Shown here piece by piece: positions 41,301 to 55,853 of a stretch of 64,000 bases of DNA (positions are counted from its first letter, which is position 1; each line of letters starts with the position of its first letter). Source of the stretch: Antedon mediterranea (taxonomy: Eukaryota; Animalia; Echinodermata); the NCBI RefSeq assembly GCF_964355755.1, contig NC_092680.1, forward strand, positions 17,803,045-17,867,044. The letters are read 5' to 3'. Position numbers and translations under genes: made by a program. The notes under the pieces are model-generated. The model saw only the letters and a list, made by a program, of their open reading frames with translations, did not search any database and was not told the DNA's origin.

Positions 41301-44300
41301 CTACACTATCCTGATTTGGACATGATGATGTCATATCACTACCATATTTGGGCATATAAAACTTGTTTTTTTCAAACAAATATACCGATAATAGGTAGAT
41401 ATTGATGTAATCATCTTAAAACATTTTCCTCAAGGTTAAAGATAGACATAATAAATGAATAGGTAAGATATTTGTTTACAATGCATATTTTTGTAATGAT
41501 TTGAAAACTTAAAGTAAAATGAATAAATAAAGAATGTTTTACTATTACTTCAACGTTCATCAAAAAGATATTATCCAGCAAAAAAATTCATTACAACCCA
41601 AATGAATATATCCAGCACTCTATTTAATATGTATCTATCTATTCTATTTCATTACTTCCTAATGAATGCTATTACTAGTACTTACCTTTTACCTGTAGCC
41701 AGCCAACATCTTTAATATCCTTAAGTGACCCACGTAAGCTCTGTGAATATAGATAATAATTGATACATTATTAGAGCGTTATCATTTTTATGCAATGGCT
41801 TCTTTTATTTCTTTCTATTTAATTAGAAAGTTTGGTAGTGTATACTCAATACGCGTATTTTACTGTTTTGGTTTTTTTAATTCTGTCTACACTATCAGTT
41901 TGACAAAAAAAATGTGAAACGCCCAAATATGATTGTGATATACGCAAATATGGTAGTGATATGACATTATCATGTCCATATATGGGCACATCACATTTTT
42001 TGTCACATAAAGTTGATAGTGTAGACAGAGCTTAAGGCAAATGATCAGCAGATCTCCTCCAACTTCTTTACTTTATACGACTTGACATTGATTCTCTTGG
42101 TCATTAACTAAGAATATAGACTTGTCTAATGATAATAGTAAGAAGCTTGAAAAGTCAGACACCGCGATATCAATTTCCGCAAAGAAAATTTTGAGTATAA
42201 ATTCATTTCTTATTTGAATATTAAAATAGAATGAAACATTGCATTTTAATTAACAATGTTTCAGGAGGCCAATATTTAAAGAGGTTATTAAACTGTTTCA
42301 GCATGGAGCTATGAAATTAAATCATTTTATAGCTCCATGGTTTATGAAATGAAGTTAGTAACACTTCACTGAATTTGAACCATCAATAAAATGTTTATAG
42401 ATAGAAGAGAACAAGCTAGTCTAGTCACAGGCAAATACCTACAAAAGCCCTCTTCCCTTTAATTCAAACTCCTCATTGTATTTAAAAAAAAAAAATCTAT
42501 TTATGATTGACTATTATTTAATAGTTTGAGGAATCTTGGAGCCCACAGGCTTTCTGTATTTCACCCTAGCAGTGTTTCTATCTTCATTACATTTGTCGAT
42601 ATCACTTGTTAGTAACCTATCTTTTTACTCACATATCTTTCTATCAGATCTCTTCTTAAATTCGGGTCAACTTTATGGTTTGAAAGGTCGGAGACAGCCT
42701 CCCCTCCAGATGTGCCGGAAATGGTGAGTAAAAGGCATATAATTCCAGCTCCATCCTCAAGTTCCTGTTCGATGTTATGGGTGACCTCTTTCTTTAATTC
42801 ATTTAGGTCTATTGCAGCTCTAGGATAGAATAATCAAATCCAATAACATTTCCGAAAAACATAAAGCATAGCCAAGATTTATATTCAGCTGGGTCTAATG
42901 TAATCATGCCAGCATTAGTAACGATTATTTTATTGATTTCAAAGATTAAAAATTAACCGATGTATAAGGTTCAAACCATGTCATGTGACTATGTTTGAGT
43001 GATGTCATAATCTTCAATAATCATGTTTTAACATATTTTTAAGGTAAAATACCAACTAATTAAAATAAACAAATTGTTGTTATTATTATATACATATTTG
43101 TATAATGACATTACAGTTCTGTACAAAATAACAACTCTAAGCAATCTTGAAGGATTTTACAGCATAGCAAACATCAAGGATTTTTACATGAAGGGGGAAA
43201 GGGCCTAAAAATGAAGTGCTAAACTTAACCCTATCTTTTGCATTGTAATATTTGAAATTTAGGGGATAGGGATGATGGCTGCCCTTGAGACAGTTTGACA
43301 ATAATAAGTACCTTCCCATTATGTCATCCTTAGCACCGACGTCTTTGTCCCAAACTGATAGTTCTAAGATATTACTTTGGTCGTCATACAGGTGTAGATC
43401 AAACTGCTCCATCCAATGAGGATTTAACGTTTTGTTTTCCACCTGAAATAACATGAATTTAGGTTAGAGTTTTGTTTTTCACAGAGAAAAGGGGGTGCCA
43501 CGTGGGTCCAGACCTTACATCTCTTAGATGGGTTGGAGATGCAATTCAGTTTTTTTCTGTACAGTATTATGTACATATGTACAGGAGGGGGAAGAGAAAG
43601 AAGGAAGGGAAAGAGGAGGAGGGAAGGGAAAAACGAGGAGAGGGAAAGAGGAGGAGGGAAGGGAAAAAAGGAGGAGGAGGAGGAGGAGGGAAGGAAAGAG
43701 GAGGAAAGTGAGAGAAGAGGAGGGGGAATGAGAAGAAGGGGAAGGGAAAGAGGAGGAGGAAAGGAAGAGAGGAGGAGGGGAAGGGAAAGAGGAGGAAATG
43801 GAGAGAAGAGGAGGGGAAGGGAAAGAGGAGGAGGAAAGGAAGAGAGGAGGAGGGGAAGGGAAAGAGGAGGAAATGGAGAGAAGAGGAGGGGAAGGGAAAG
43901 AAGAGGAGAAGGGGAAAGGAAAGAGGAGGAAAGTGAGAGAAGAGGAGGGGGAATGAGAAGAAGGGGAAGGGAAAGAGGAGGAGGAAATGGAAAGAGGATG
44001 AGGAAAGGAAAAGAGGAGGAAAGGGAGGGAAGAGGAGGGGAAGGGAAAGAGGAGGAGGAAAGGAAGAGAGGAGGAGGGGAAGGGAAAGAGGAGGAGGAAA
44101 GGAAGAGAGGAGGAGGGGAAGGGAAAGAGGAGGAGGAAAAGAAGAGAGGAGGAGGGGAAGGGAAAGAGGAGGAGGAAATGAAGAGAGGAGGAGGGGAAGG
44201 GAAAGAGGAGGAGGAAATGGAAAGAAGAGGAGGAAATGGAAAGAGGATGAGGAAAGGAAAAGAGGAGGAAAGGGAGGGAAGAGGAGGGGAAGGGAAAGAG

Positions 44301-47300
44301 GATGAGGAAAGGAAGAGAGGAGGAGTGGAAGGGAAAGAGGAGGAGGAAAGGAAGAGAGGAGGAGGGGAAGAGAAAGAGGAGGAGGAAATGGAAAGAAGAG
44401 GAGGAAATGGAAAGAGGATGAGGAAATGGAAAGAGGATGAGGAAAGGAAAAGAGGAGGAAAGGGAGGGAAGAGGAGGGGAAGGGAACGAGGAGGAGGAAA
44501 GGAAGAGAGGAGGAGGGGAAGGGAAAGAGGAGGAGGAAAGGAAGAGAGGAGGAGGGGAAGGGAAAGAGGAGGAGGAAATGGAAAGAAGAGGAGGAAATGG
44601 AAAGAGGAGGAGGAAATGGAAAGAAGAGGAGGAAATGGAAAAAGGAGGAGGAAATGGAAAGAAGAGGAGGAAATGGAAAGAGGAGGAGGAAATGGAAAGA
44701 GGAGGAGGAAATGGAAAGAAGAGGAGGAAATGGAAAGAGGAGGAGGAAATGGAAAGAGGATGAGGAAAGGAAAAGAGGAGGAAAGGGAGGGAAGAGGAGG
44801 GGGAATGAGAAGGAAGGGAAGGGAAAGAGGAGGAGGAAAGGAAGAGAGGGGGAGGGGAAGGAAAAGACGAGGAGGAGGGAAAGGGAAAGAGGAAGAGAAA
44901 TTAATACAAAATTTACCTTGCTTTTATATTTTTCACTTCCAAGCTTAAATTTAATATAAGGATCACTGAGTCCATTATCATCCATTGGAATCAGGTTGCG
45001 CCCCTCTAATATTGTTACCGTCACAACTCCACTCCATGTTTGTGTTTTTATCTTGCGACGTTGACTTTCTTGCTTTGATTTTTTAGCCAAGAACTAGAAA
45101 AAATTCAACATGATTAATTGATAAATGTTGCAATACATCAATTTATAAGATTAGACAGAAAAAAACAAATATATAACAAAACAATTTTCATTACATTTAT
45201 ATCTAAAAACTAATTAAACAATACTGACAAAACAATTGACAAAAATTGGATTTACAATCTCAAGACATTGAGAGAAAAAAAAACAAATATATAACAAAAC
45301 AATTCTCATTACATTTATATGTAAAAACTTATTAAACAATACTGACTCAAAATGAAAATGATGTTTGCATAATCATGAAATGTATTCATTAATAAAAAAA
45401 AAAAACACATACAATTTACAAACATTTAAACAATTTTTATTTCTTCTGAAGTTTAATAACAATTACTGTTATAGACATTTCTGGAAAGATTTGACACATT
45501 TATATACACAAGAACTATTATAACAACAAAATATCACTAAAACTTACATCTTCACAATTAAGTTCAGAATTAGCCGTTGCGGTTCCAATTACAGTTGTTT
45601 TATAGACTAATGTATCCATTTTAAAACTTAGAATAACCTAAGCCGAGAGGAACTGTGTTGTGTTGTTGGATCCAAAAACAAAACTTAGAACAAACTGCAG
45701 TGTTTTTAATACTAAACACTGATTTTAAGCAAATATTTGAGAGGAAGATCAATAACATCTGTCATAACCTCACGTCATAAACAACATTCATACTTCTTCC
45801 CCAACTTTGAAATTAAATTTTTTTAAACTAAATAGTTTCCATACAAAGTAGAAGAACACATCTTGGTTTATTTATTTACTCCTTTTAGTGAAACATAAAA
45901 AGGAAGCACTGAGAGACAAGAGCTGGCAAAGACAAACTAATGAAAGGTTTTATTTCTTCTTTATTAACTTAGTATTAACAATGTGATATGAATTGTCAAT
46001 CACATTTTTCAGTTTTCATTTGACCAATTAAATCAATATATTCAAATTATCACTATGGCCAGCATGGTGACTAAACAAGAATCCATTTATGTAGAACAAC
46101 TCAGAAAAGGCAGATGAAGATATAAATTTCCTCAAAATGTTTAATATAAATTCCTAGAATTGTATCAAATGTTAAAGATGTATTGTCCCCCTGAAAAAAA
46201 GAATTCTTTTTTTGTTGAATATGCCATTTTAATGTCACATATTAGTTACCCACCTAGACCAAAATTGGATTGAAAAAACTGTAATTTAAAGCTAAACTGG
46301 CTGCCAGCTAATGGGATTTTGGTTGAATTTAAACATTTATTTTGTCATTTTATAAGTAATAACATAATATTTTCCTTTTTTTCCTACGGAAGTTATTAAC
46401 TTTATTAACTCTACAAAATAACCTACTCAAAGTCTGATTTAATTAATCTTCATTTATGTTTTTGAGGGACAATATATCTTTAAGTACTGTATAAAAACAT
46501 TTAAAATATAATACAATCTAGAGATAAGTAATATATACATGTCATACTATTTAATTATTTTGAACAACAACAAATAATTGTAAAAATAATAATTAAAAAC
46601 AGCAGAATACACTCATGCTAAATTCTGTTTCTAAAATGTACGGCATTTATTACCTTACTATCTCGTCTCTGCTCTGAGGCCTGTAATAAACAAACAGACT
46701 TTTAGAAATGTATTAAATTAATATTATTGTTTAAAGGTTTACATGGCGAAAGTAAGTAAAGTAAGTTTGCAGTATACATGTGTTTCTTCCAAAAAAGTAA
46801 ATTCAAATTAACTTGAGTATGTATCAACATTTTAGTTGTTATTTTACAATCTTCTGAAGTAAAATCTATATTTCAACATTTTGGTTTTTATGTTGGTTTT
46901 TTTATATTTTTATTTTCTGGAGTAAAGCTCTGTCTACACTATCAACTTTACATGTGATGTGCCCATATATAGACATGATGATGTCATATCACTAAAATAT
47001 TTGCGTATATCACTACAATATTTTGGTATATCACTACCATATTTGCACATCACACTTTTTTGTCCAACTAGTTTGATAGTGTAGACAGAGCTTAACATTT
47101 TGAGCAATTTCCTCCAGAAGATAATAAAAAAGATAAAACCAAAACGTTGAGACAATTATTTTTTGAAACACACGTACTGTACCACAAACCTGACTTTATT
47201 AAAATGTTAAAATTTTAATAAGTTTAATTGTAATTTTTTTTAATATGAACAATATCCATAGACCTATTGATCTGTTAATTTTAATAAACCAATTTCTTTA

Positions 47301-50300
47301 CGATATTAATTATTTTCAAATTGGTTTGATACTGCTACTATAATATATTTTTTTATAAATATATTAAATTTGTATAAACAGTATTGATAATAAATTAAAA
47401 ATTAATTCTTGTTTTATCAAAATTATTTGTGTGCTTTATGAGTTAAAAAGTAATATTAATAGAAAAATACATAAAGTGAAATAAATATAATATCTCTAGA
47501 GACATATATTTATTAATCTGTATATTATATTAGTAGCAAGCAAGCTAATAATGACAAAATATTATTACAACATTTTTCCTAAAATTATAAGTTAATATTA
47601 TTTTGTAGATTTAATATGCAAGCAAGGAATTATGGAACTGAATATTATCTATGGTTGAATTCGATATTTAATATTAATAATTATAAAGATTGTTAGTTGC
47701 TATTATATGTGTTAATACCATGCATATATTAGTCTAATACATCTAGGCCTACACATAATCAAACATCGTATACTCTATCTCTAACAATATTTCAATCTTC
47801 TATCGACTAAAGCTGAAGTATAGTTGTTATCTCGGGACCCGTTCTATGGCCACCACCAGGTAGGCTTACTTCATCAAGGCTTCTATGAATGGATGACTGG
47901 TTGGGAGCAGTAGGAATGCTAGTAGACCAAACCCAGTACCGTTTTTTATTACGATCATGCGGGAAATTACCTCACAAGCATTTTTGCAACGATTTGTGCA
48001 GAATGCCGGAATAGTTCATCATAATAAACCCATGATTTAATTAAAATTTCTATTATTTTTATAAAAAATATATTTGCATACCGCAATAACCTAAAATGGT
48101 TCTGTAAAAGGACGTTGTGTTAAAAAATAGAACATTTAAATTTTGATGATTTGCATCAAGTAAAAAGGTAAAACAAATCTATATAATTTTAATAATAATG
48201 CCATCAATAACCAATAATTTTTTTTTTTTTGTTATGAATAATTTTCAAAATTTATAAATTATTGATTTTCAACGATATTTTGAAAAGGCCTAAAATTTGC
48301 ATAATTTTGGTGAATTCATGGGGTATTTAATTAAAAAGGCTTAATTCCTACACAATATATTTAATCTACCTGCAGAAAAGGTACTTTGATAGATTATCCA
48401 TATCCATAGTAAAGAGCTCCATTATAATATCAAATATCACCAAGAGTTAACTAATTAGTACACCACCATATAAACACAATAATAATAATCGGCATAATAT
48501 ATGCATATACTATAATAACCAATATTATAAAACCATGTGACCTCATAAAGTCGTATACTTGTAGAATAGTTTATTAATGCACTAGTGTACTTTGTACAGG
48601 TAATAGGTTCAAAAAAAGATTTATAGATTTAATTACTCAACCAATTATTCCATTCAACCATAAAAGAAATAAAACTGTATTACGTTTTTCTTTATAACCA
48701 CAACTCAAGATAACAATTTAATGGAGAAAACAATTAATATTAAAATCATTTAAAATTTTAAGAAAAAAATGATTATTTTCCAGGGAGTCTATACAGTTAA
48801 AATACTGGGAGACAAATAACTTCCACAATTATCATCTTCAATTCACTACCATTATTCATATGATAGGAAGATTGTTAATGAATGAATTGTAAATAAATTT
48901 ATTATTTATGATGATTTTCCTAATAAATTCAAATCAAATCATACTATAGTAATTTTTTAAATCAATTATTTAATAATATAAATGTAAAATATATGAACAA
49001 AGGTAATAGGTTAATTGCATTAGGTTTTTGTGTATTTTATCCTTTAATTTCTAGTAAATACCGAGTAAGCCTACGAGTGCCATTATTGGGTTTTTTTTTC
49101 AGAATGCTGAGACAGAACGCAGGACTCAGCAGAATCTAGCTCATTACATGAACTTTACTATAAACTGAACACACATGCACACATAGCAAGATATTTAGAG
49201 CAATTATTAAATATTAAATCAAACAGGATGATTAATTTATACTCTCTCATAACTCCCCATTAACACTTAAAAAAGAAAATCCAATAGAGAATGCTAAAGT
49301 TATTATTTCGTTGATGGATACCTAAAATATTAATAATCAATTTCAACACATTACAAATTTATAAGCAAAATATTTGATTTACAAGAATAAATTCTATGCT
49401 ATTTTAATTTAGGAAGGAAGATAAACAATTGAACTATGATTGAGTTAAGGTGCATTTCTGTGGTGAAACAAAGTGTAGATGACACCACTAATCTGTAGTA
49501 AAAACAATAATTAATGATTTGATTTGAATTGACAATAATTGAGTTTAGGTGCAGTTATGCTTATGATATAGTAGACATTCTTAATGAGTGGATGATTTGA
49601 TTTGATTTGGATTGATTATAATCAGTTGAGGTGAACATCTGTTTTTAGGTAATAAGTTTTGATGTTTGATGTTAATTGATTATAGTAACGGAGTGAGGTG
49701 CATTTATGTTTTGAACTGAATTGAATTGAATATCGTAGATAATGCTAACAAATGAAGAGCAGTAAAATCTCAGGACAGAATCCTATTTTATTCCCTTACA
49801 TTAGACTTTGCTGAAAAGTAATACTTTCCAAAGAAAGTAATAAACGTTTAAATATAATCAGTAATGATGAATCACAAAAACAATCACAGATAAATGATTA
49901 ACACCAATTTATCTAGATGAAAGGTTATATTAGAAAATTAGTTAACAACAATGAGAGATTAAATATGCACCAATAACAAAAAAAAATGCAACAAAATGTA
50001 CAGTAGAAGCCCTATAACTTTTGGAAAGCAGTGCCACATTAATAGGTGTCCACTAACTAGGGGTTGGCCGTATTGTTTATATAATGTTTCTTGATCATTT
50101 CACAGGAAAGAATCCCCTTAAAAGGTGGCCAGAATGTTCATATATTTAATCATCTCTTTTCTCAAACTTTGGCACTTCGTAATTCTTCTTTAAACCGCTT
50201 CCCTAAGCTTTGGGTTCAATTAATGTATATTTCCTTAATTTTCTTTAGCATACAGATCTTTTATTTCTTTTAAATAATAATAGTTGTCATAGTTCATAAA

Positions 50301-53300
50301 CGTTACATTTACGTTACTCTTTACGTTGTGTTGTGTTGTACGGTAATTTCTGCTTTTATATAAGGCATATATTTCCTTAATTTTCTTTAGCAGTACAAAT
50401 CTTTTATTTCCTTCTGAAACTATAAACTTGAAAATAACTTTTCTTTCTTTTGTTTTTTATAGGAAAAATGTAAATTTATCTATAATCATAGTGCATAGTA
50501 TAAACAAGCCTTAATAGAGGTTTCTCAATGTAGGGGTTCTACTGCATGCAAATAGACAATGTACAAATAAAGATTTAAATATGCAAGTAAAGACACAAGC
50601 AAAGACATAGATATGCACATAAAAAAAAACAGAACATTGCCCTGCAAGATACCCACATGTAGCTTTGTTGCAGTATATAAAGACGTAGCTAAATCACCGT
50701 CATTATCATAGTGTTGCACTTCAGAAAGGCTTTTGTGACTTGAGCTCAGTGCCTTCTGCCATTTCAATTTCTTAGTGGTATGGGGAGAGGGCTAAAGCAT
50801 GCAAATATAAAAATAATAATACAAAATAGAGGTGGTTAAATCAAAAGCAAAAACAAACATAGCACTGTAATTTCTAAAAATATTAGGTTATTGCATAATG
50901 GTAGGTTTCTCATTGCCAATCAGAGATTGATTTACAGCTATAACTGTATATCCTCAGGTATAATCCCACTTCAAGTATAATCCCACCCTGTATCCTCAGG
51001 TCTAATCCCACCCTATATCCTCAGGTATAATCCCACTTCAGGTCTAATCCCACCCTATATCCTCAGGTCTAATCCCACCCTATATCCTCAGGTATAATTC
51101 CACTTCAGGTTTAATCCCACCCCCTATTTTATGTCCAATTTCACAAACAGGCATATCGCTGGGTAGTCTCAGTATTGACTTTTGATTTGGATGTAGGCCT
51201 CTCTATAGCCAGTTCTGATGAGTTTTTACAAGCATATGCTTTACCAATAATTGTTTTCCCTAACTAGGCTTTACCCAGGTATGACCCAGCACCCTCCAAA
51301 GTCGACCCAATTTCGTGTTCTAGGCAGGTTGGAATACCAGAGGATATACGGTAGCTAAATTTGATAAATAAAATAACTTGATTATCTTGATCTTAAACAT
51401 GGTAGTTAACAAGATCAATGGTAAGCAAGGTATAAATCCCCCAACCTATATAAACTTGAATTATCTCAATCTTAGCTTTATCCTACTACTACTAGAAGCA
51501 GGATCAGTGGTAAGCGGATTAATTCTGCGAACCACTCCTGGTGAATGAGATTTGTTCTGATTGGCAGTGAGGACCTTCCCGTCAAAGAAATAAGCTATAA
51601 ACATAAAGCATTAGGAAAGAAAATTAAATGCAAGCGATAAAGCACGTGTATAAAAATGCATGCAACGTTGAGAAAAATATTGTTACTGATCAAACTATGA
51701 TTTTATATTTATTCATGATACAAATGTATACATGTATGATATTGTAAACCTTATCATAGATCCGTTGCTATGGTAATATCAAACAAATATATTTGTTTGA
51801 TATAATGACAACAAATGTACAGTATGTCAGGAAGTGTTTATGTTTCCAATACATTGAAATGTTAATGTTAACACAGAAACACTTGTTGATGGTTATAGAT
51901 ATTTTGATTTATAAAATTTTGATTTTAAATATGACTAAAGTACTGTATTATCTCTGCATGAATATAATATAGTGATGGGTGGAGATTGGTGTGGAACACA
52001 TGCTATATAAGCAACAACAACTTAATTTTGACCCACTTGCAATGAGATTTAGAATCTTGCCACCCAACCTAGAGTTTTTGGGACATCCTTTATTCATAGC
52101 TTAGAGACTTTTGGAAACATTTACAAACAACAAATATGTCCAAAAAAAATTTGTAAGGATCCGGAAAAAGATAATACAATGAAAGAATAATAAAAAGTGA
52201 GTTCAGAAAACCGAATATTGCAGTTTAAAGGATAAGAAGAAGATAATTTTAAGTAACAACAGAACATTGAAGTTTAAAAATGAGAATTCGAAACAAAAAC
52301 AGAATGAGCGTCACTGCAGACAAAAATGGCTATGAAACTAGAATGTATACAGTGGCGTAACAGACAATTTAGGCCCCTGGTTTAAGCACTCTTGAGAGAC
52401 CTTCCAATGCTGAGTAGTTGCATTGGGGGCTGCTCATGCTCTAGGGCCCCTTAAGCCTCTAGGGTCTCTGGGTTAGCCAGTGAGAGCTCATAGCCATTAT
52501 GCCACTGAATGTATATTGAACTATGAAAGCAGTGATGAAAAACCACAAGGTCAAAAGAACCTACTGATATTTGAACTTCAGCAGAACTGGACATGGCTTT
52601 TTGGCGGAAAAATCTTAACGGAGAACGATGCTTTCTGTGCATTTTTGACGCATGAAGAAGTGCGAGTAGCTGGTTTTCAGGAGAAGCATGCACCTGGCTT
52701 TCAGGGGAAGGATCCACCTGATTTTCAGAGGAAGGATTCACCTGATTGTCAGGGGAAGCATGCATCTGGTTTGGTTCCTCAAGGTATGAGGAAGAACCAG
52801 GGGATGAAGACTGAGAAATTAGGTGTAGAAATTCTTCTTCCTCAACAGAAGTTTCTTTATACTAGAAATAATAATTTACACACATATGTATAAAGTAAGT
52901 ATTATTATTATTATTTATAACTTACAAAATGGCAAAATGGCTTGAAAACGTTAAGAAATATATTGTTACTGATTAAACTGATTTTATATAATATTGATGG
53001 CGAAATGGCTTGGAAAATTAAGTATATGAATCATAGGAGCCGTTGCTTGAAATGCAATTGTATACATGTAGGAACAAACCTAAACAAAATCTGTACCTGA
53101 TTACAGAGCACCTTTAGGTGTAGCCCAGAGGCAGCTCAGGACACAAATTTAAGTGTAAATGTGCATTTTCTTACACACAACTGTGCAATTTGCACTGTAA
53201 ACTTGCAGAAAACATAGACATCTACTATTGATTTTTACTCTATCTATATCTATCTACTCTTGTCTATCTATTCTCATCCTCAAATCAGGAGATATTTGTA

Positions 53301-55821
53301 ACAAGCCTTTTAACTGTACAACCTTAAACCTTATAGATAGTCATTAAAATTGATGGCAAACATAAACCTACACAATCTTTAAAATACCCTAGATACAACA
53401 ATCTCGGTTCTGGGACTCTGATATGCCCTTGGCGAGACTGCTAAAATATAAAGGATTATTCCAAAAACATAATTTACTGAGAAATTAAATACAGTAAAAT
53501 CAATAAATTAAAAATGATTTAAATCTTAAAGCCATTAACTTGGCTTTAATTTATCATGACAATTCACTGGTTTTAGAGTTTTTTTTTATTTTGCCAAGTT
53601 GCCAAGTAAACTATAATATGCAAACATATTCTTTATCTCTTAAACAATGAATATTTTATGTTTAAAATATGAGTTGGATTGAACATTTTGATGTATTATT
53701 TTAAGGCATGGACGTTGCTGAAATTAATAGACTGAAGCCAATTTGCAGTATATCATTGTTAGTTTAAGTGTGTACATTTAATTAAAATCAATGTGATATT
53801 GTTATGTCAAGTAAAATAAACATTTCAAATTTTTTATAACCTTGAAAACGGTGCCATGCCATACATTTCTAATGTTATTTTAGCATCTTTGTAACTTTAA
53901 CATTTAATTTTACATTTTTAAGTGAAATTTTTATTTTTGGTTCCGATCTTCTTTCGAATTGTGAAAATGCTTTATTATTTATTTATTATGTACAACAATT
54001 TCTTGTTAATTCTGGAAGATTTGATTGATGTTTCTGTTAGTTGTTTTAAAATGTTGTTTTTGTTAATCTGAGGCGCCTTGAAGCTAAGGTGGTTCCATCT
54101 TGTAAGGCGCCTTTGTGTAATATACTAAATAAAAAAAACTATAAAAAAACAAAAACCTTTGTAATCTAAACTACTGTTTGCTATTTATTTGGAATGAAAT
54201 AAATAAATTAATGTGTAGATAGATTACTAGATTACATTTATTATTTATTTTATCTATTTTTTGATATTTAAGTCAAATTGGCAGCTTTCCAAATTTTTGT
54301 CAAAAATTAATAAAGTGAAATTGCATGGCATTATATGTCTTCCACTAACCTACTACCCTATGAATATCCTATGAATTAATAACCTCCTAGTAATGTTGTC
54401 ATATATTTATATAGTGCTTTTAACAAGCAGCAGAATGTGCCAAAGTGCTTAGAAGTATTAAACTAAGTTTTGAAAACCTCTCTCAATATAATTGGAAAGA
54501 TTGTTCCACCGTTTAGGAATCAAAGCAGAGGCTCGATCATAATCTGAATTTTATACTATACAGTAGTATTACACATCCTACAAATCCTTAATTTTCAATT
54601 AGCGCTAATAACTACTCTTTAGGGCCGCTGCCGCCGACCTAAATGTTTACCTAGCACGCATTTAAAATGTCCTTAATACCATTAATGTCTGCCACCAACC
54701 AATCACTAATAGCACCTATCCTAAAGTACCATTTCTGTAGATCGTACCTACACCATTATTCACACTCAAATTTGGGTAGATTCAACCTGACAGACACAAT
54801 TATATTATTGCTTTTTTGCTTTTTTTTATGTTGCAATAGACTTTTGATCTAGTTCCATTAGAACATGCTGGTCACGTACTGATACTTTCTCTATCTTATC
54901 TTTAGTACTCAATGAATTAGAACATAGAGCTGTGTTTTACGAGCATTATGCCAGTCTAATATATTCTATAAATAGACATATTACTTGCATTTATAAGCTT
55001 TTATATAGTTAGTAAATGTGCTAAAGCCGGTACAGAAAGTTGGCATTAAAGACTGTTTTCTACTAGGTGAATTCATTCGCACAATTTAAAAAAATGTATA
55101 TGTACTGTACATTATGACCAGGACCATGATTAGACAAGCTACGTTCAAATATCCTAAAAACAAAAATATTCTGCGACTTTTCGTGGGTTTCTTACATCTG
55201 GTGGGAAATTAGTAATTTACGATAATTCTTTTAAAAATAAGCAATAAGCTTTTAATTTATGATGACATAGGAACTAATTAATCATGTTAATTCATTGTGT
55301 GCATGTCGGACGTACTTCTTCAATTCCTCGGCACAATTTTAGTGAATTCCAGCGAACAACCAACATGCATAATATGTCTTGATTACGGCACGATGACATT
55401 GACATGAAATCAATGCAGAATCAAGCGGTTTGTAGAAATACGCAAAAATCGAATGATCTGTTTCATTATATTTTCATCTCATGCAATTAAAGAACCTCAT
55501 AAGTTTCAGAATCATGCAAAGCAAGACACAAAAGACAATGCTAATTTTTTTTTTCTTCATGGGAAGAAAACAGGCTATGGGGTTATTTTGTACAAATACA
55601 TTCAATGACCTAGTAGAAAACAGCATTTATGAAAAGCAGCAATGAAGCCATTTGCTTTGGTATCTGAATTTAGTTATCATCAAACATGATAAAATGATAT
55701 AAGTTTTTTAATTGTGTTTTACCCTTCTCTTCGGTTGTGGTGTCCAATAAATATTCAACTATTCGAATAAATTTATAACATAAAAATAATAAAGTATCAT
55801 AATTAAAGAAAAGAGGTTTCA

Positions 55822-55853
<32 letters not shown>

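Noticed and set aside
43533-45090. 471-aa and 507-aa ORFs
   Set aside because: These are translations of the polypurine tract. Only 45093-44917 is a real MCTP exon.
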